Assembly: GCA_051294375.1 (NCBI GenBank)
Contig: CM119265.1
Location: 5,002,352-5,066,351, forward strand
Origin: Paraspadella gotoi
Taxonomy: Eukaryota > Animalia > Chaetognatha
DNA: 64,000 nucleotides
Direction of reading: 5' to 3'
Each line of letters begins with the position of its first letter. Within the stretch, counting starts at the first letter, position 1. The notes under the pieces were generated by a model. It had not been told where the DNA came from. It worked only from the letters and a program-made list of their open reading frames with translations, and made no database searches. The position numbers were made by a program, and so were the translations under genes. This document shows, one piece after another, positions 38,890-63,158 of this stretch.

Positions 38890-40635
38890 CAATTTCAGGT
38901 GAACAGTCGTTGCGATTCCAACTTGAAAACGTCCGATCATTTTTATCGGTACTTTAAGATTTACGCCCCCTTTTTCCAAAAAAAAGGGACAGGTTTTAGA
39001 TATGGCTGGGGCAAAGAAACTTCCTGTCTCTACAAAGGTGAAGAAATATAAAGCGATCTAGAATGACGTTTAAAAAATGTAATTTCGTAATAAAACTCTT
39101 GACGTAATACTCTTGAATAAGTAAACTAAATTTGCTAGTCTCTCGACGCAAAAATTGCGCGACCATTCGTGCGCCTCGTTCGTGTCATCATGCTCACGCC
39201 AGAGAATATTCCCATCAAACTCTTTGCCAATTTTATTTACGAGATGAAATCAAATTCTTCACAATCTGCGGTAGATTGGCGCTTCTTTTATGGAGTGATA
39301 ACAGGGGTTTTCAAATTCCGAATCACCCGCGAGAATGGGGAGCCGAGACTCTCTTTCGACCAAGAAATGGTCTCATTTGATCGGAAAAAGGAAAAAAAAA
39401 AAAAACTCCCAGTGAAAGACGGAGATGGATAGAAGAAGGAAAGTGAGTTGTTGGATTCAACTAAATACCTCAGAACAGACCAGATTGCACATTGCAGAAC
39501 CTTCGAATCACAATCGAATTCAATCTCTAAATCTGTCATGCCATTTACTCTGTTAAAAAATTATCTTCCTTGCTTGGTGGTCTTACAACTAGATCAGGCA
39601 CGGCCTATGGGAAAAAAAGGGAAAGGCTGAGAAGTTGACAGTGTTAGGAAGTAAAGCTGTACCAGTGGTAAATGACGCAGAACAAAGGAAGGACACCACA
39701 AAAGAGAGGGCGCCAGTGAGTTGAGGGAAATAAAAGAATAGGAGTCGCTTGTATAATGGAGGAAAGAAATTGAGCTAACGACACAAAAGGTAAGACCTTG
39801 GAAAACCTTTAGTGAAAAGTAAGTATATCTGATCAAAGAACTAGTAATAGAAAATAATTAAAACGTTGACTTTAAAAAGAACAATTTTTGAGATTTAGCA
39901 TTTTCATCTTATGTAATTTTTTGGTCTCAGGATGACAGATTAGTACAATGAGACCATGTGTTAAGTTTGGAATATACAGTTTCATACTTCTTAAACACGC
40001 GAGAATTTAGGTGAACATCATTTTGCCATAACTCAATATAAAAAAAGTAATACTTCAAAATTTCGTCGCTCTTTACATTTTTCGTAAAAATAGTACCAAA
40101 CGAAAAACGCTGGTACGGCGAAAGGCGAAAGAGCTTCTTAGGATTAACTCAACCGTTCGAGACGCGATGATGATGCTAAACGAAGAAGACGATCAGTCGA
40201 GAAGGAAAAGGAAAAAAAAAGTAGAGGAAGGTGAGGAAACGGAGGCTGCCGAGGTAAGTCAAGCAACAGGCGAAGAGGTGAGGAGGAAGAACCGAGGAGA
40301 AAAGCGGGCGAAAAGAATCGAGTGCAAAAATATAAATGGAAAAATCAAGCGCGAGAGCGACAGCGACGCCACGTGGAGAGACGGGAAAAAATGAAGATAG
40401 TTTTTATGAAGTGCTTCACGAGCCGAGGGAAAGAGCGAGAGCGGGAAAAAGAGAGATAGAAAGAGAGAGAATGAGAGGTCTGGGTTTGTCGTGTGTGGTG
40501 ATTATGGTCGCGACGTATGATGAAGATGATAATGATTAACGTGGTAGGGGGGAGGGAGAAGTGAGTTCATTGTCGAACGGTCGATGAATTCCTGACTTCG
40601 TTAACTCTGCTAGAGTCATTTTTACTCCATAATAG

Positions 40636-40667
<32 letters not shown>

Positions 40668-41453
40668 GGTAGATAATTCTTAGTTTTTCCGGTTGCAAAT
40701 TTTTTTTTTTTGGTCTTTAAATAGTATAAGGCTTGTTGTATGTGAATGGAAGAAAAACGCAATAGCAGCATATTTGAAAAGTGTTTTAACCAGATTATTA
40801 TTTTTTGTCCCGAGTAGCCGAGTATCATTTAAAATAAAATACTTTAATCAGTAAAGGAACAAATCAGAAAACCTCTTCCGGATTTTCAAAGCACTTGATG
40901 ATTTTTTTCTCCAGTTTTCGGCATCGACTCTTTCGTCTTTGGCAATTCCGTCTGAAGAGATTAAGGAGGAAATGGCTTCGTTGCCATAATCGTCTTCATC
41001 AAACGACAAGAACCGAGTTCGCCTCGTAGTCGTAATTTTCCTTCCATTTTTGAAAAAAAATATTCAAAATTTAATTGCTCATTTTATTCAATCATGGAAT
41101 CGAGAATGATTTTGAATTAATTTCATTATCAATGAAACTTTGGCACTTGAAAACTTTTTTCATATTGAAATTTAATGATAATTATTTAACGCTTTGGATA
41201 TTTTAAGAGCGTTTCTCGGGAATCCTAGAGAAAAAATACGGTATGGACGTGATCCTGGGACCTCGATAACGGCGAACCAGTGACAAACTTCTGGAGACTT
41301 CACGATCCCATAAGTTAGCCAGGTACTCTGGGAGTGAATAAACAAGACTGTCCAAAGTCAGGGGCAAGATAGCTTGTTTAGTAAATGAATGGATAATTTT
41401 TATATTGGTGGTACCAATTTCATAAATCCGTTGTTGCCTAGCGTAAAAGAAAG

Positions 41454-41552
<99 letters not shown>

Positions 41553-42252
41553 CATAACAATCAGACGTGCGGGAGCGATGAGTTAGGATTGTGACGCGCT
41601 GTAACTTTCTACTCGCTACGATTGCTTTTCCGAAAAGGTATCTTTAACGGGAAGCTATTTCCGTTCGAATGTCCTCGTCGTTACAATTCGAGAAAACCAT
41701 TTGAGTATTGACAACTCACGGCCTTTTTTTCTAGAGATGGCATAGAGAAACTTTCACAATTCACCAATTCTTTTCATATCAATATTATACGCCCCTGAAG
41801 ACTATTAATGTCCTTTGTAGAGCCCTCTACAGATGTTTTGTCTATTATTGATGTTAACGAAAAATTGATATAACAGTATCATCTAAGTATCAGTATAAGC
41901 TAAGTTTTTTTTTCACGAAAATAAATTATAAAAAGCCTATTGAATTTTTTTTATTTTTTATTTTTTCATCCCGTATCAAAGTGCAGCCGTTCGGGGACAT
42001 GGACAGCTTTCAACGAAATTCGATTGGGAGGGCGCGACCTTGCTGATAGCTTCACTCTTAGTTCCTTCGGTGCCATCATCACTGCCATAGGACAGAAAAA
42101 AAGTCGATGGGTGAATAAGGTTCTCCAAATCCACTGGATGATATCGAGTCACCATCGAGAAAGAAAAAGAAAGACAAAGAGGGAGAGAGAGAAAGTTAGT
42201 GAATAAAAAAGAAAGAAAGATAAAATCAGGAGTCCGCAGACCAGAGAGAGTC

Positions 42253-42341
<89 letters not shown>

Positions 42342-44999
42342 GAGAGAGAGATCCAGAATTTCTAGAATGAAAAGGGGAAAAACAACACGTTTTAGTGATG
42401 ACGATGAAATTCAAATGCAGTTTGAATTTGATATTTTGAAAATTTTTATGGAAATTTTAGTTTGTTTTTCAAAATTGATGAAAAGTACTGGGCATGGATT
42501 GACGAAGAGAGAAAAAAACGAACACGAACCATTTCACGTATTATTCTAGTACATTTTAATTACGATCACAATATATTTCCCTCGTGAAACGAACGATCAA
42601 TCAGGTCCAAAGGTGTCTTGAGAGACTTCAAGAAGTCTTGCCAAAAAGAGAAAAGAGAGANNNNNNNNNNGAGAGAGAGAGAGTATTTCACCTCCGACCT
42701 CGAAGGGTTTTTTTAGTCGCGACTTGTCGCGACACAATAAGACGTATTCTGGTCGGTCTATCTTTGTATCTAATAATCTGTCACACTGTATAACTATAAA
42801 AAAATTAAGCTCTATTATATAATATGATATATATCTGTTAAATTTTATATAAATAATTGCTTTTTAAAGATATCGCGAAAGTAGATAAAGAATAATTAAT
42901 TACGAACGACTCATGTCTCTACTTACCTTTGTGAAAACAGTTCCATTCTTCCAATCTCTTCGTCCCCCTTCGATTGACGAGAAACGGAGTTTGAAAAAAG
43001 TTACCGAGGCCGAATTGAGGTGGTTCGCGTTTTATTGCGCCAACGCGTCGACTTCTGGTCGTCTCGAAGAAGGCGGTGCGAACGGCCTCTGGCGGCTGAG
43101 GGCGTGGCGTTCGTGGCTAACTCGATACGCGGCTGGGTACGGCGACGATTGGCCAAAGATTCCAGGCATTTTCGAGATTAATCGAGTTTCCAGGAAGCCG
43201 GCCTTCCCCTTTGCTCCTTGCCAGCGCTTCATTAGTCGGCCTTTCATCGATTTTATTCTCTCCTTTCTTCGTCTTTCGACCTTCCCGTTTTTTTATTGTT
43301 CCCTTTTTCCTCGTCACCCTCAGAGCCTTTCAACTTTGATTGGAGAAGGGGATTAATTTACGCTATTGTGTTGCTGAAGTAGCTTGGGTTCTCACTGTAC
43401 AAAAAAAAAAAAGAAAAGAAAAACTTAAATAATGAACTGATAAATAAAACTATAAAACCATTATTAAAATGAATATATACACTTGTAATCATTTTATAAT
43501 ATTTATTAATGAAAAGAAAATATCAAAATATTTCATTTTTAAAAACTGATTCAGATAGCCCATAAAAAGTTACCTGTAGAAAACATAACTTTTTTTTCAG
43601 TATTTTATGTTAAAGGGTCAATATTGGAAAAAACCATAGTCATAATCAATTAATCATGTCATGTTTTTATTTAGCAAGTTTTAAAGATTTGTATATTTTT
43701 TTAAATTACATTTTTTATTTTTTTTAAGTTTTAATGGAGTCCATCAAAAGTCAATTATAATTTATAAGAACATTTTTGAGAAAAAACAGTTTTGTTTAAT
43801 GCTGTTTCCAATAACATTTAAATATTAACCTGGCGCATATATATAAAGGTATGAAAAAATTTGCCATCAAATCTGTGAAGGTCATCATAAATTGTACAGT
43901 TCACTTTGAAAACTTTTCTTTTCAATAGAATTTGATGGTAACGCCAAGAAATTCATAATGAGGGAAAACATAGACGACCTCTTACTCGATTTGGGACCCC
44001 CGTTTCCATAATGAACTTCAGACTTCAGTGGATCTTTTATGTCGCGATGTTTTCGTTGGTCTTCTACATCCATTGAATTTTCAAGAAATTGCTTTTCCTT
44101 GGGATAGGTGGTTATCAGTAAGTAAAAATGACTTATATTATATCCTAAGTTTTTAATTTAATTTTAAGTTTTCATGTACAATTCGGTTTTGTAATTAAGT
44201 TAGCCTTGGTTCTTGGTGATAATGAACCATTAGCTCTAAATTTGACATTATAAAAGCCATTCTGGGAAAAAAATAAAATTTGTTTCCAAAATAACAAGAT
44301 TTATTAGCCCCATAATTGAGACAAATTTTGATGACGGATACGTAGAGAGAAAAATCTTTTAGAATATTTCAAAATTGAAAAAAGGGGAAGAATTTATTAT
44401 GGCGAGCAACTTAAATACTAAAAATCACGAAGGGTAATACAAAACAGACGTTGATTTCTTACGATGGTTTTTTCTCTTTTTACCGGGTGAAGCCTTTAAC
44501 AGCGAGTTCGTGCCAAAAGATGGAAAGAAGGAAAGAGAATATTGTGGCGCGGGAGGAAAGAGGAACGGCGGAAGAGGAGGCGTAGGACAATTCAAACACA
44601 CCATCGGCAACGTTCCGAAAGAGTTGGTGGGAAACACATGATGTATGAGAGAAGAATTTTTTTCCCCTGACTGGGACGAGTAAACCTGGAAAGACCAGGC
44701 GTGCAACTTACAAACTCTGAGAAATCAAGCCAACAAGGATTTAGATTACTTTTTCTCTAATATTGCAATTTTAGGAGTTAATTTATAGTCACCTCATTTC
44801 AGTTTAAGGAGGGCACGGAAGCTATGTAACGAAGCCAATTATCTTTTAATCGCTCTTGCCTCTCCTAAAAATTCTATCGTCGTAAAATTATCATATTTTT
44901 TTTTATTATATATTTTTCTAGTTCTTCAACTATTCCTCCGGTTCTCCTCCCCCTCCCTTCCCCCCTTTTCCTACTTCGTTCTCGTTTTTCACTCGCACC

Positions 45000-45145
45000 G
45001 AAAGTGCCGTAGCGCGAGTTAAGTGTTTTATAGTTGACGTGACGCGCGTTCGAACTCTCTCTTCTGATTGGAGGATTCTTCGATTTTCTTCGAAATCTCG
45101 TCGCTCGTCGAATCTGCTTCCCCGCGACGCATGCGCCCAGCTCTC
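45000..45145. promoter_or_regulatory. CpG-rich candidate dynamin promoter
   Basis: TGACGTGACG, reverse CCAAT (ATTGG at 45067) and NRF1-like GCATGCGC (45130), located 150-250 bp upstream of the ATG. Confidence 0.4.
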
Positions 45146-45288
45146 GCCCTTGGATGTCGCCATATTACTGCTGTACATTAGAAGTTCCAAAGAAAATCTA
45201 ATCGAATATTTATTTATCCGCTATTATTCGTGTCATATATCACCGTTTTGTAAATGAAAGCTAGATAATATTAAAGAAGCCCATCAAG

Positions 45289-55182
<9,894 letters not shown>

Positions 55183-58031
55183 ACGTAAAAAAAAAAAAAC
55201 AGAATCCTCGGCGCTTTCCAACCCTCTAGACCTACCAACCCAAATAAGTCATTGAACCCAACCCAACCCAACCCTACCAATTCCAGAGCATTATCACGAT
55301 TCGCGAATTGAAATTTAAAAAAAAGATTGGAGTATATCGATGCGACATTGTCTCAATGTTCGCAGATGATTTTTCAAATTCGCCCATGACCTTCTATTAT
55401 CTAGTCATTTAATAAATTAGTAGTGAATCCTAGTCAATTAACCTTCGATTCTATTTTAGAATCAACACTTTCACCCAAAAGTAATTTTCAAATCCCTAAA
55501 AAAAATCTTGTTTAGTTTTATCACCGTCAGTTTCAAATTTCTTTCGTGGCCCAAAGCTCAGATTTTATACCTTTTGAAATTGTGATTTTTTTTCCCCATT
55601 TATCATTCTGTCGTGATTTTCACTCGTTTCCCCTTTGGGAATCAATTAACCTCACTAAGTTTTTAGCTTGTATGGCTAATCTCACGTTAGTTATTTATTT
55701 TTTTATATTCAAGTAAGGACTAAATCAGCACAATCTCATAAGTGATAAGAATGAACGCATTGTTATTAAGTTTTGATTAATTCACAGAATAAACGAGAGG
55801 GTGCTTAGACATTCGGTCTTGTGAGTTTGGTTGAGCCATTTCAATTTATTCCAATCTCGCCGATGAACAACTCCATTCCAGATTGCCCCGATCTCTTTAA
55901 GTCCCTTTTGCTTTTGCTATTGCTTAAATCATCAGGTTAAACGGCCCATCTTTTTCTTCGAGTTGTTAAGTTTGACATCGTATGTCTCTTTGTCAAGATT
56001 GTGGAGTTCAGAAGTTCTTTTTCCAGGGAAAAATACCTTAATCATTGTTACAACTGAGTTTTTAGTCACCTCCATTAGCTTTCTACTGAGACCTAGCAGT
56101 CGTATTGTCTCAATATCGCTTTAATAGGACAGAATTATCATTCATCTCGAGGCATTTATTCTGCCCTAACACTCGCCTTCTCATGAATTCCGATTTAATT
56201 GTGATCTCGAAGAGGACTTCACAGTAAATCTTTATATCCTTTGTATCAGAATTTTTACGTTATCTAAAAATATATTTTATTGTGGAAAATTGAGAAACAT
56301 CTTGTGAATTCTATTTTACATACTATTTTACATACTATTTTACATACTATTTAAAAGCGAGCATTTTAAGTTTTTTTTTTCTTTTCAAGGAAACGGCTTT
56401 TGCTACATATCTTTTTATTTTAGCTAAGAGCATAAGGACGAAGAGTTTCTCCTACAAGCGCCTCTGAGAAAACTTATAATCCTTATGGGTGTTCTTTGGC
56501 TTGATTCGTTTCGGCAAAATTAAATTATGCCCATTCTTGTCAATCCAAAAAAAAAAATGTTTTTTATTGGTTTTCTTTGCCAGTCGGTGTCTGGGTAATT
56601 TTTTCCTTTTATTCTTTTTCATTTGCCACAATACTACAACTACAAGATTATTCGAGCTCCACAAATGGCAATTATACTCAGTATCGTGACGGTGATGTAG
56701 AATTTGTTTGTTTTAATAATATAAACGGCTATTTTTTTTTAACGATGTGAAAAACGATTAATTGTTGCGTGCTAATGACCCTGAATTTGTCTAGATTATA
56801 ACTAATGAATGTTTAAATTTAATTATTTTCCCTTAAACTATCATTTTTCGTATGTGAAAAACTTTAAACGGAGAATTATCGAGACTTCCTAGTTAGTCAT
56901 TGATAATTTCTTTTTCCTGTGAAAACTATGAACTAGGAATACTTTTTTTTTATTTTCAATACATAAATTATTTGCCTACTCGTGTTATACTCACTCACAT
57001 ATTACCACATTTTTTAATTCTCCAAAGATAATAATTTTTTATATACTATGTTTGATATATACAGTAAGCAGTGGTGATGTTATCCATTTGAGTGTTTATC
57101 CAGAATTGTATCCATATCTTTTATGACCTCAAGCCTGACTTGAGGTGTTACGGTAGATCCATAATGGTTGTGGAGAATTCGTTTACTTCTCAAAATATAA
57201 TTTAAAATGACTACCATCAAAATTTCTTTTCATTTGACAGTTGTGTAGTGTATTTTTATTAGTTCACCGAAATGACTAATAAGTTCTTAAGCCTTTAAAG
57301 TATATATCAATTAATTACTTTATATTAAAGAGCACCAATTTCTTTTTCGAGTTTTGGAGTCCTTTATTGGACGACTAGGGTAGAGCTAAGCTGGATGAGT
57401 ACGATGAGCTCGATGTAATTATTTTTTACACTAACTAGATCAGTATTTATCTGTATTTATATCACAATGTGAGTGACTGAAAATTATCTGAAAGTTGGCC
57501 CTGGTATTGGTAATCAATAAATGATTGAATAAAACGAGGAGAGCAGTAAATGTCTCTTTTTTTTCACAGGGAAAATTATATTTATACAATAACAATGATC
57601 GTCACCTCAAATATGTCCAAAAATGGTTTGATTCAGCACGAAATTTTATCCATGAGGTTTTACATTTACAATTAGTTTACAGCGATACCGGAAGAAGATA
57701 CCATGATTAGTTCTATTGTTTTCGTAATAATTCGTCAACGTACAAAATACGAATTATGTACATAACTATTGACGATTCTATTCGAGTCCAGTAGTAAAAA
57801 AATCAAGCTAAGATCGACGAAGGAGAGAGATGGCTCAGTTAAAACATTCATTGAACAATGAACATGCAGAATACAAGGGAAAGAGGGTTACAAGATATAA
57901 ATTTAATACCAACTGGATGTTTACAAAACGGAATGACTCGGCATTCTTATTGTTACTTTAATTCTTTACCCATGAAGTTCCCCTCAATGGTAAGAAAAGA
58001 TTTCATTTTTTTTTCTGTTCAAATATTGGGT

Positions 58032-61000
58032 TCAACTGGTTTTATCGATGAAAGAATAAATTTCGGCGAAGGTGGGCCTCTGTATGTCTTCCCTCGACCA
58101 GCAGCGTAACATGGCGTCGTAAAGAGTGGGAGGGCAGTTGAGGGGTTGGGGAAGATATGCTTGCCGTCCGGTCCCGAAGCACAGGTGGCGAAGATTCTCC
58201 ACCACCTCGTCGTCGCTCAGGTGCACGAAAGGCTGCTCCTTGGCCAGCGTCAGAATTTCCCACAGAGTGATGCCGAAGGCCCAGACGTCAGTTTTGCACG
58301 TAAACTTACCCTGAAGAAAAATTATTTCGTTTGCAAAAAAATCTTTCAATATTTCTCCCGGTCTCTTTTCCACTCACCATGAGCACCGACTCCCAGGCCA
58401 TCCACTCCAGGCCATCCACCGAATGGGCAGGACAGCCGAGCCTTCGAAGTCTGTAGTAGTCGGAGGAGTAGAGACTCCGACTCATTCCGAAGTCGGAGAC
58501 TTTGATGGTGAATCGGCGCCGACGAGGCAATTCGCGTGGCAAGTCTCGGTGCACCAGGTTCAAGCTCTCTAGATACTTCATGCCGGATGCGATCTGGCCC
58601 GCCATGTACATCAGGGTGTTGAAACTGTTTAAATTTTATCAAATAAGAATGATGATTTAAATTTCAATTGTTTTTGACGTTTGCTTGCCATTAGCTAAGG
58701 AAAATAAAAGTTAAAATAATAATGCCAGAATGAGTTCTCTGAAAAACTACATCTTATTAGTTAATTTAATTGAAAAAGTTTTTTCAAGATAAATAAAGGG
58801 TCTTTTGTTTTTTTTTTCAGAGATTTTTTCATTGGAATTTTGCGACCTCTAGTAAAAAAGTTAATAATTTAATCATAGCCTTTATATAAACATAAGAACA
58901 ATCTTCTAATACCATTGTGAAATTTGTGATTAAAGAGATAAAAAAAACAATGGTGTCGATATTTACGCCTTACCTCAAGCAATCAGCGTTGGTCATCTTG
59001 GCGATGTTGCTCTCCGGGACGTGTTGCAAGAACTGATTAAGGTCCCCGTACTTCATGTACTCGACGATCATGAAGCTCGCGCTCCGTGCAGACGCCGAGG
59101 ACACGGATGATGTTTGGGTCGCTGAGTCTTCCGATGATCTTCATCTCTTTGTAAAAATCGTCCCTGCGTAATAAATGAAAAAAAAAAAAAAAATCAAATA
59201 TTTTAAAAACTAAAACTAATTTACATACCAAACATCGATAATTATGATCAATTGACAAATATTAACTGTTATCACACCTTGCGTTTTGAGTAGCGCCCTC
59301 CCTGAGGGTCTTAACGGCTACGGATTCGGGTCGATCGAGTTCCTCGAACATCTCCGTCCCGATGATCTCGACCAGGTCCTTCACTTCGCAGAGGTGAACC
59401 TATTCACGATTTATTGCGGAATTAATCCCAGGCAATTAATCATTTAATCAACTATATATTATACTACAGAGTCCATATAATATGTACAATATTCTACATT
59501 GTACAGTCTTTCGAATTGTACAAAATTAATAGGTAGAGTGTGTAACTAAAATCCTTCATTCCGACGGAATTTCCGTGCCTCATTTTGAATTACGCTAGAC
59601 ATCACGTGACAAGCATATTGGCCCCCACCTCTCCGAACTGTCCTTCGCCCAGCTTCTCCTCGAACTTGAGCGCATTTCTGGGAAATTCCTTCAGCGTCGT
59701 GTCTTCTTCGTCGGCGTCGGATTTGAGGAGATCGATGTTGGGCGGAGCCGCGTATACGGTGTTGCTATGGTCAANNNNNNNNNNTAAAAACATTACGTGC
59801 GTGTAAAGGTAAATAATACGTGTGTAGTATGGTAATATTTTTTTAAAATATTTTGTTTTAAAGTAATTTTTTTAGCGAATAAAAAAAATAAATAAAAAGA
59901 CTTCGATTTCTTACATTTGAATTCGTTTGAGAATCGCTTGGATCCTTCAGAATCGGAAGCGATTGTGCGTCGAATCATCTGCAGACGAGACTGTTGATCC
60001 CAAGGGTCGCAGTAGATGCCGTTGCATCCGGCTAAATGATGGCCAGCGAATTGACCTGATAATTTTAAGNNNNNNNNNNNNNNNNNNNNNNNNNACGTAT
60101 TTGTTCTCTTGGCCTTGAGGTATTTGTGTTTATTTTTTACAAATAAAAATACAAGAATGTGAAAGAACAATTAGAAAAACATAATAAAAAAATCTTTAAA
60201 TAAAAAAATGATCCTAAAGAATCTATTTATTTTTTCAACTCCACGGTAAGGGAACAATATGTTCCAAGATCGACTATATCCGAGCCTCCGCGCCGGACCT
60301 CAACAAAAGATCAACGCATACCGCCAAAAACCTCTACGGCAACCTCGTCGGCTCCACTGACTCCGACTCCAGCTCCGACTACTCCCATCTACAAGGCCGC
60401 CTCGACTGCTGAGCGGCGGGTATCACCCGCCGCCATCCCGCCCCCGATTTTGGAGGCGTGAGTAAGAGGTAGGGCCGAAGGAAGTGGGGGTATGAACGCG
60501 CGAATATACGAATCATTTAGTGTTAATTTTGATTGATTTAAGTTTAAGATTTAAGTCTTTAACCGCCTCATAGTCGTCAAATAGCTAAAATATTCTCAGT
60601 CTCATCAATTGCCAAAATTAAAACGAATAACCGGGTTAAAGATAAACAATCCATAAATGCCTTTAAAAAAGCCACCTACCTTAAAATTATCAGGAGTCTA
60701 ATCTCGCTAGGCCATCATTTAGCCGGATGCAACGGCATCTACTGCGACCCTGGGATCAACAGTCTCGTCTGCAGATGATTCGACGCACAATCGCTTCCGA
60801 TTCTGAAGGATCCAAGCGAATTCTCAAACGAATTCAAATTAAGAAATCGAAGTCTTTTTATTATTTTTTTTATTCGCTAAAAAAATTACTTTAAAAACAA
60901 ATATTTTAAAAAATATATTAACCGTACCGGCATCCAGTTTACCACACTACACACGCGCATTATTTACCTTTACACGCACGTAATGTTTTTATCCAGCCCC

Positions 61001-63060
61001 CGAGGGGTCGCTGCTGGGCACGCTACGCGCAGCAATCCGTTCAACCAATATCCCGAAACGTGTTCCAACCGAGACTACGCGCGTGCCCGATGTGGTCAAA
61101 GCCCTATTATCAGACACACCTGTATGGTGCCGCCCTGTGGGCTTCCCGTCTCCGTCCCCGTGCCCGCTGGAGGCACCTTGCCGATGGCCATGAGAGGTGG
61201 AATGCAGCTGCCGACAGTTCGGGGCGCCGCAGCAGCAGCACCTGCCGGCTCCGGTAGAGACGCCGTACAAACGTGACAGAAATTATCAAAGCGACGCACA
61301 TTCAAGGGGGTTAGCGGTAAGTTACCATCGAGAGCATAACGATAAGCCTTAATCGACTGTAAATGAAAATTATTTCCGAGCCACAATTCATACGGTATGT
61401 GATCTCAAAATAATATTTATTATTATTATTTATATTATGACACATAGCCAACACGTATACGCCGGGCTCCGCCCTAACATCCTGATCTCTCTCATTACTG
61501 TCCGCCGCTGCGGAGAAGACACGATCGAACTCTCGAGAGATAATATTATCTACCCAAGAAATTATTGCCGCTCATTCCAAGTTGCTCGAGAGAAGACATA
61601 TGACCCTGGGCCGGCTATAACCTGAAGATTCCATAGTAAATAGCGGTGCCGCGGGCCGAATATGCCTGAACTGTCACAGTTTTTGTCATGTATCCGTAAT
61701 TTCAAATGAAGCACCGTCGAAATTCCGCTCGGTAATGAAGACCGACTTTTGTTACACACTCCTACCCTCATTACATTCTGTCAACAAAGATTCCCGGAAA
61801 GACTTGTTTACAAATGCCCGGTAGACTATTCGACCTGCTAAACATAATTCTTAAATTGGACTCTCCTGCTAAGCCCACTTATTATTATATAGTTGGCATT
61901 AAAATGATTTAATTTGCCTGGCAATTAAAAATTTCCGCCTCCAATAACAATACGTGAATAAGGGGTTCGACCCTCTGGCGAAAGTGCAGGAACCCTCGGG
62001 TCGGTCAGATCATTCGGCGATCCGGAGATGGTTCGGGAAGCGAAACTTCCCGGAAACTCACCCGAAATCCAGGGTTGCCCGTTTCAGAGACCCTCAGGCA
62101 GGGCCCCGACTACTCCCCCAAAAACGGCAATCGAAGGTGTTACCGATATACAGTTCTATATTTTGTCAACCTTCCATCATAGTCTCTCTCCTATTTATCT
62201 GGCAGTAACGGAAATTGCCGAACTGGGACGGGAATCATAGAAAATAAAACAGGACGACCCAACCAGTTAAGATTTTTTTAGTTTTCGTATTATCCGTTAT
62301 CCTTCAAAGTTTTACGGCCTTAATAGTTAAGTAACTGTTACTAACGGTATGTAACATTATACAACAAAATATTAATCTGTGGCTGCCGTCTACAAATTAA
62401 GTAATCATCTCTTCTCCCCGATGCCACTGTGCCTCACCGTCTGGATTCTGCCTTTTGATTTTCCAGACGACGGCGGCGATGCAGAGAGCGAGAAGCAACA
62501 TAAGGCCAGCGAGAAGCCCGACCACGAGACCGAGGTAGTCGCTCGCCAGCCGACCGAGTTTCAAGGGCTCGTCGTTAGAGGGAGGCGGGGCTTCGGAACT
62601 AAAGAGGCAGAGAAACAAAAGGCAAATTGATTAGATTAAGTGGTCGCTGGTGAGGAAATACTTTCCAAATTAATGTAAATAGAATTAGTATTTAGTTTCA
62701 GTAACCAGGTTTAAGAATTTTGATGATTTAGGATTTTTTCATGTCGAAACTTAATTTTAATTTCAATGCTAAAAAAACAAAAAAAAAAAACGAGAGCAAC
62801 AAAAACACATAAAAAGGAACATTTAATAACGATGAAGCTCAGTAAGTTATCGGTCCATTTCCGTAGCACTCATTTCTGGACACCCACCCCTGTTTGATCT
62901 GAAAGGGCTTGGACGGAACCGTGGGCGCCACCTCCTTGAGCGTAGCCTCGTTCTCGTCTGTCTTCGCTTTTCCGATCTTCACGTCCGTCGGTTTCATCGT
63001 CTTCAACAACTTCTTCTTCTCCTCCATCTTCTTCTTGTCTCTCTCCACCGTCGGGTCTAT
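58032..63060 (-). CDS. Second DDR-family receptor tyrosine kinase (stalk, TM, juxtamembrane and kinase exons); partial, with frameshifts and a probable local misassembly
   Basis: TM segment [117 protein letters not shown]. Small indels lie near N gaps. Confidence 0.8.
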
Positions 63061-63124
63061 CTTGACGGGGACTGGCGGGATGGGAGGGGGAAAAGAGAAG
63101 AGGAAGAGAGAGAGAGAAGAGCGA

Positions 63125-63158
<34 letters not shown>

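Noticed and set aside
41389-42549. ER-repeat protein ORFs
   Set aside because: These are translations of (GA)n microsatellites.
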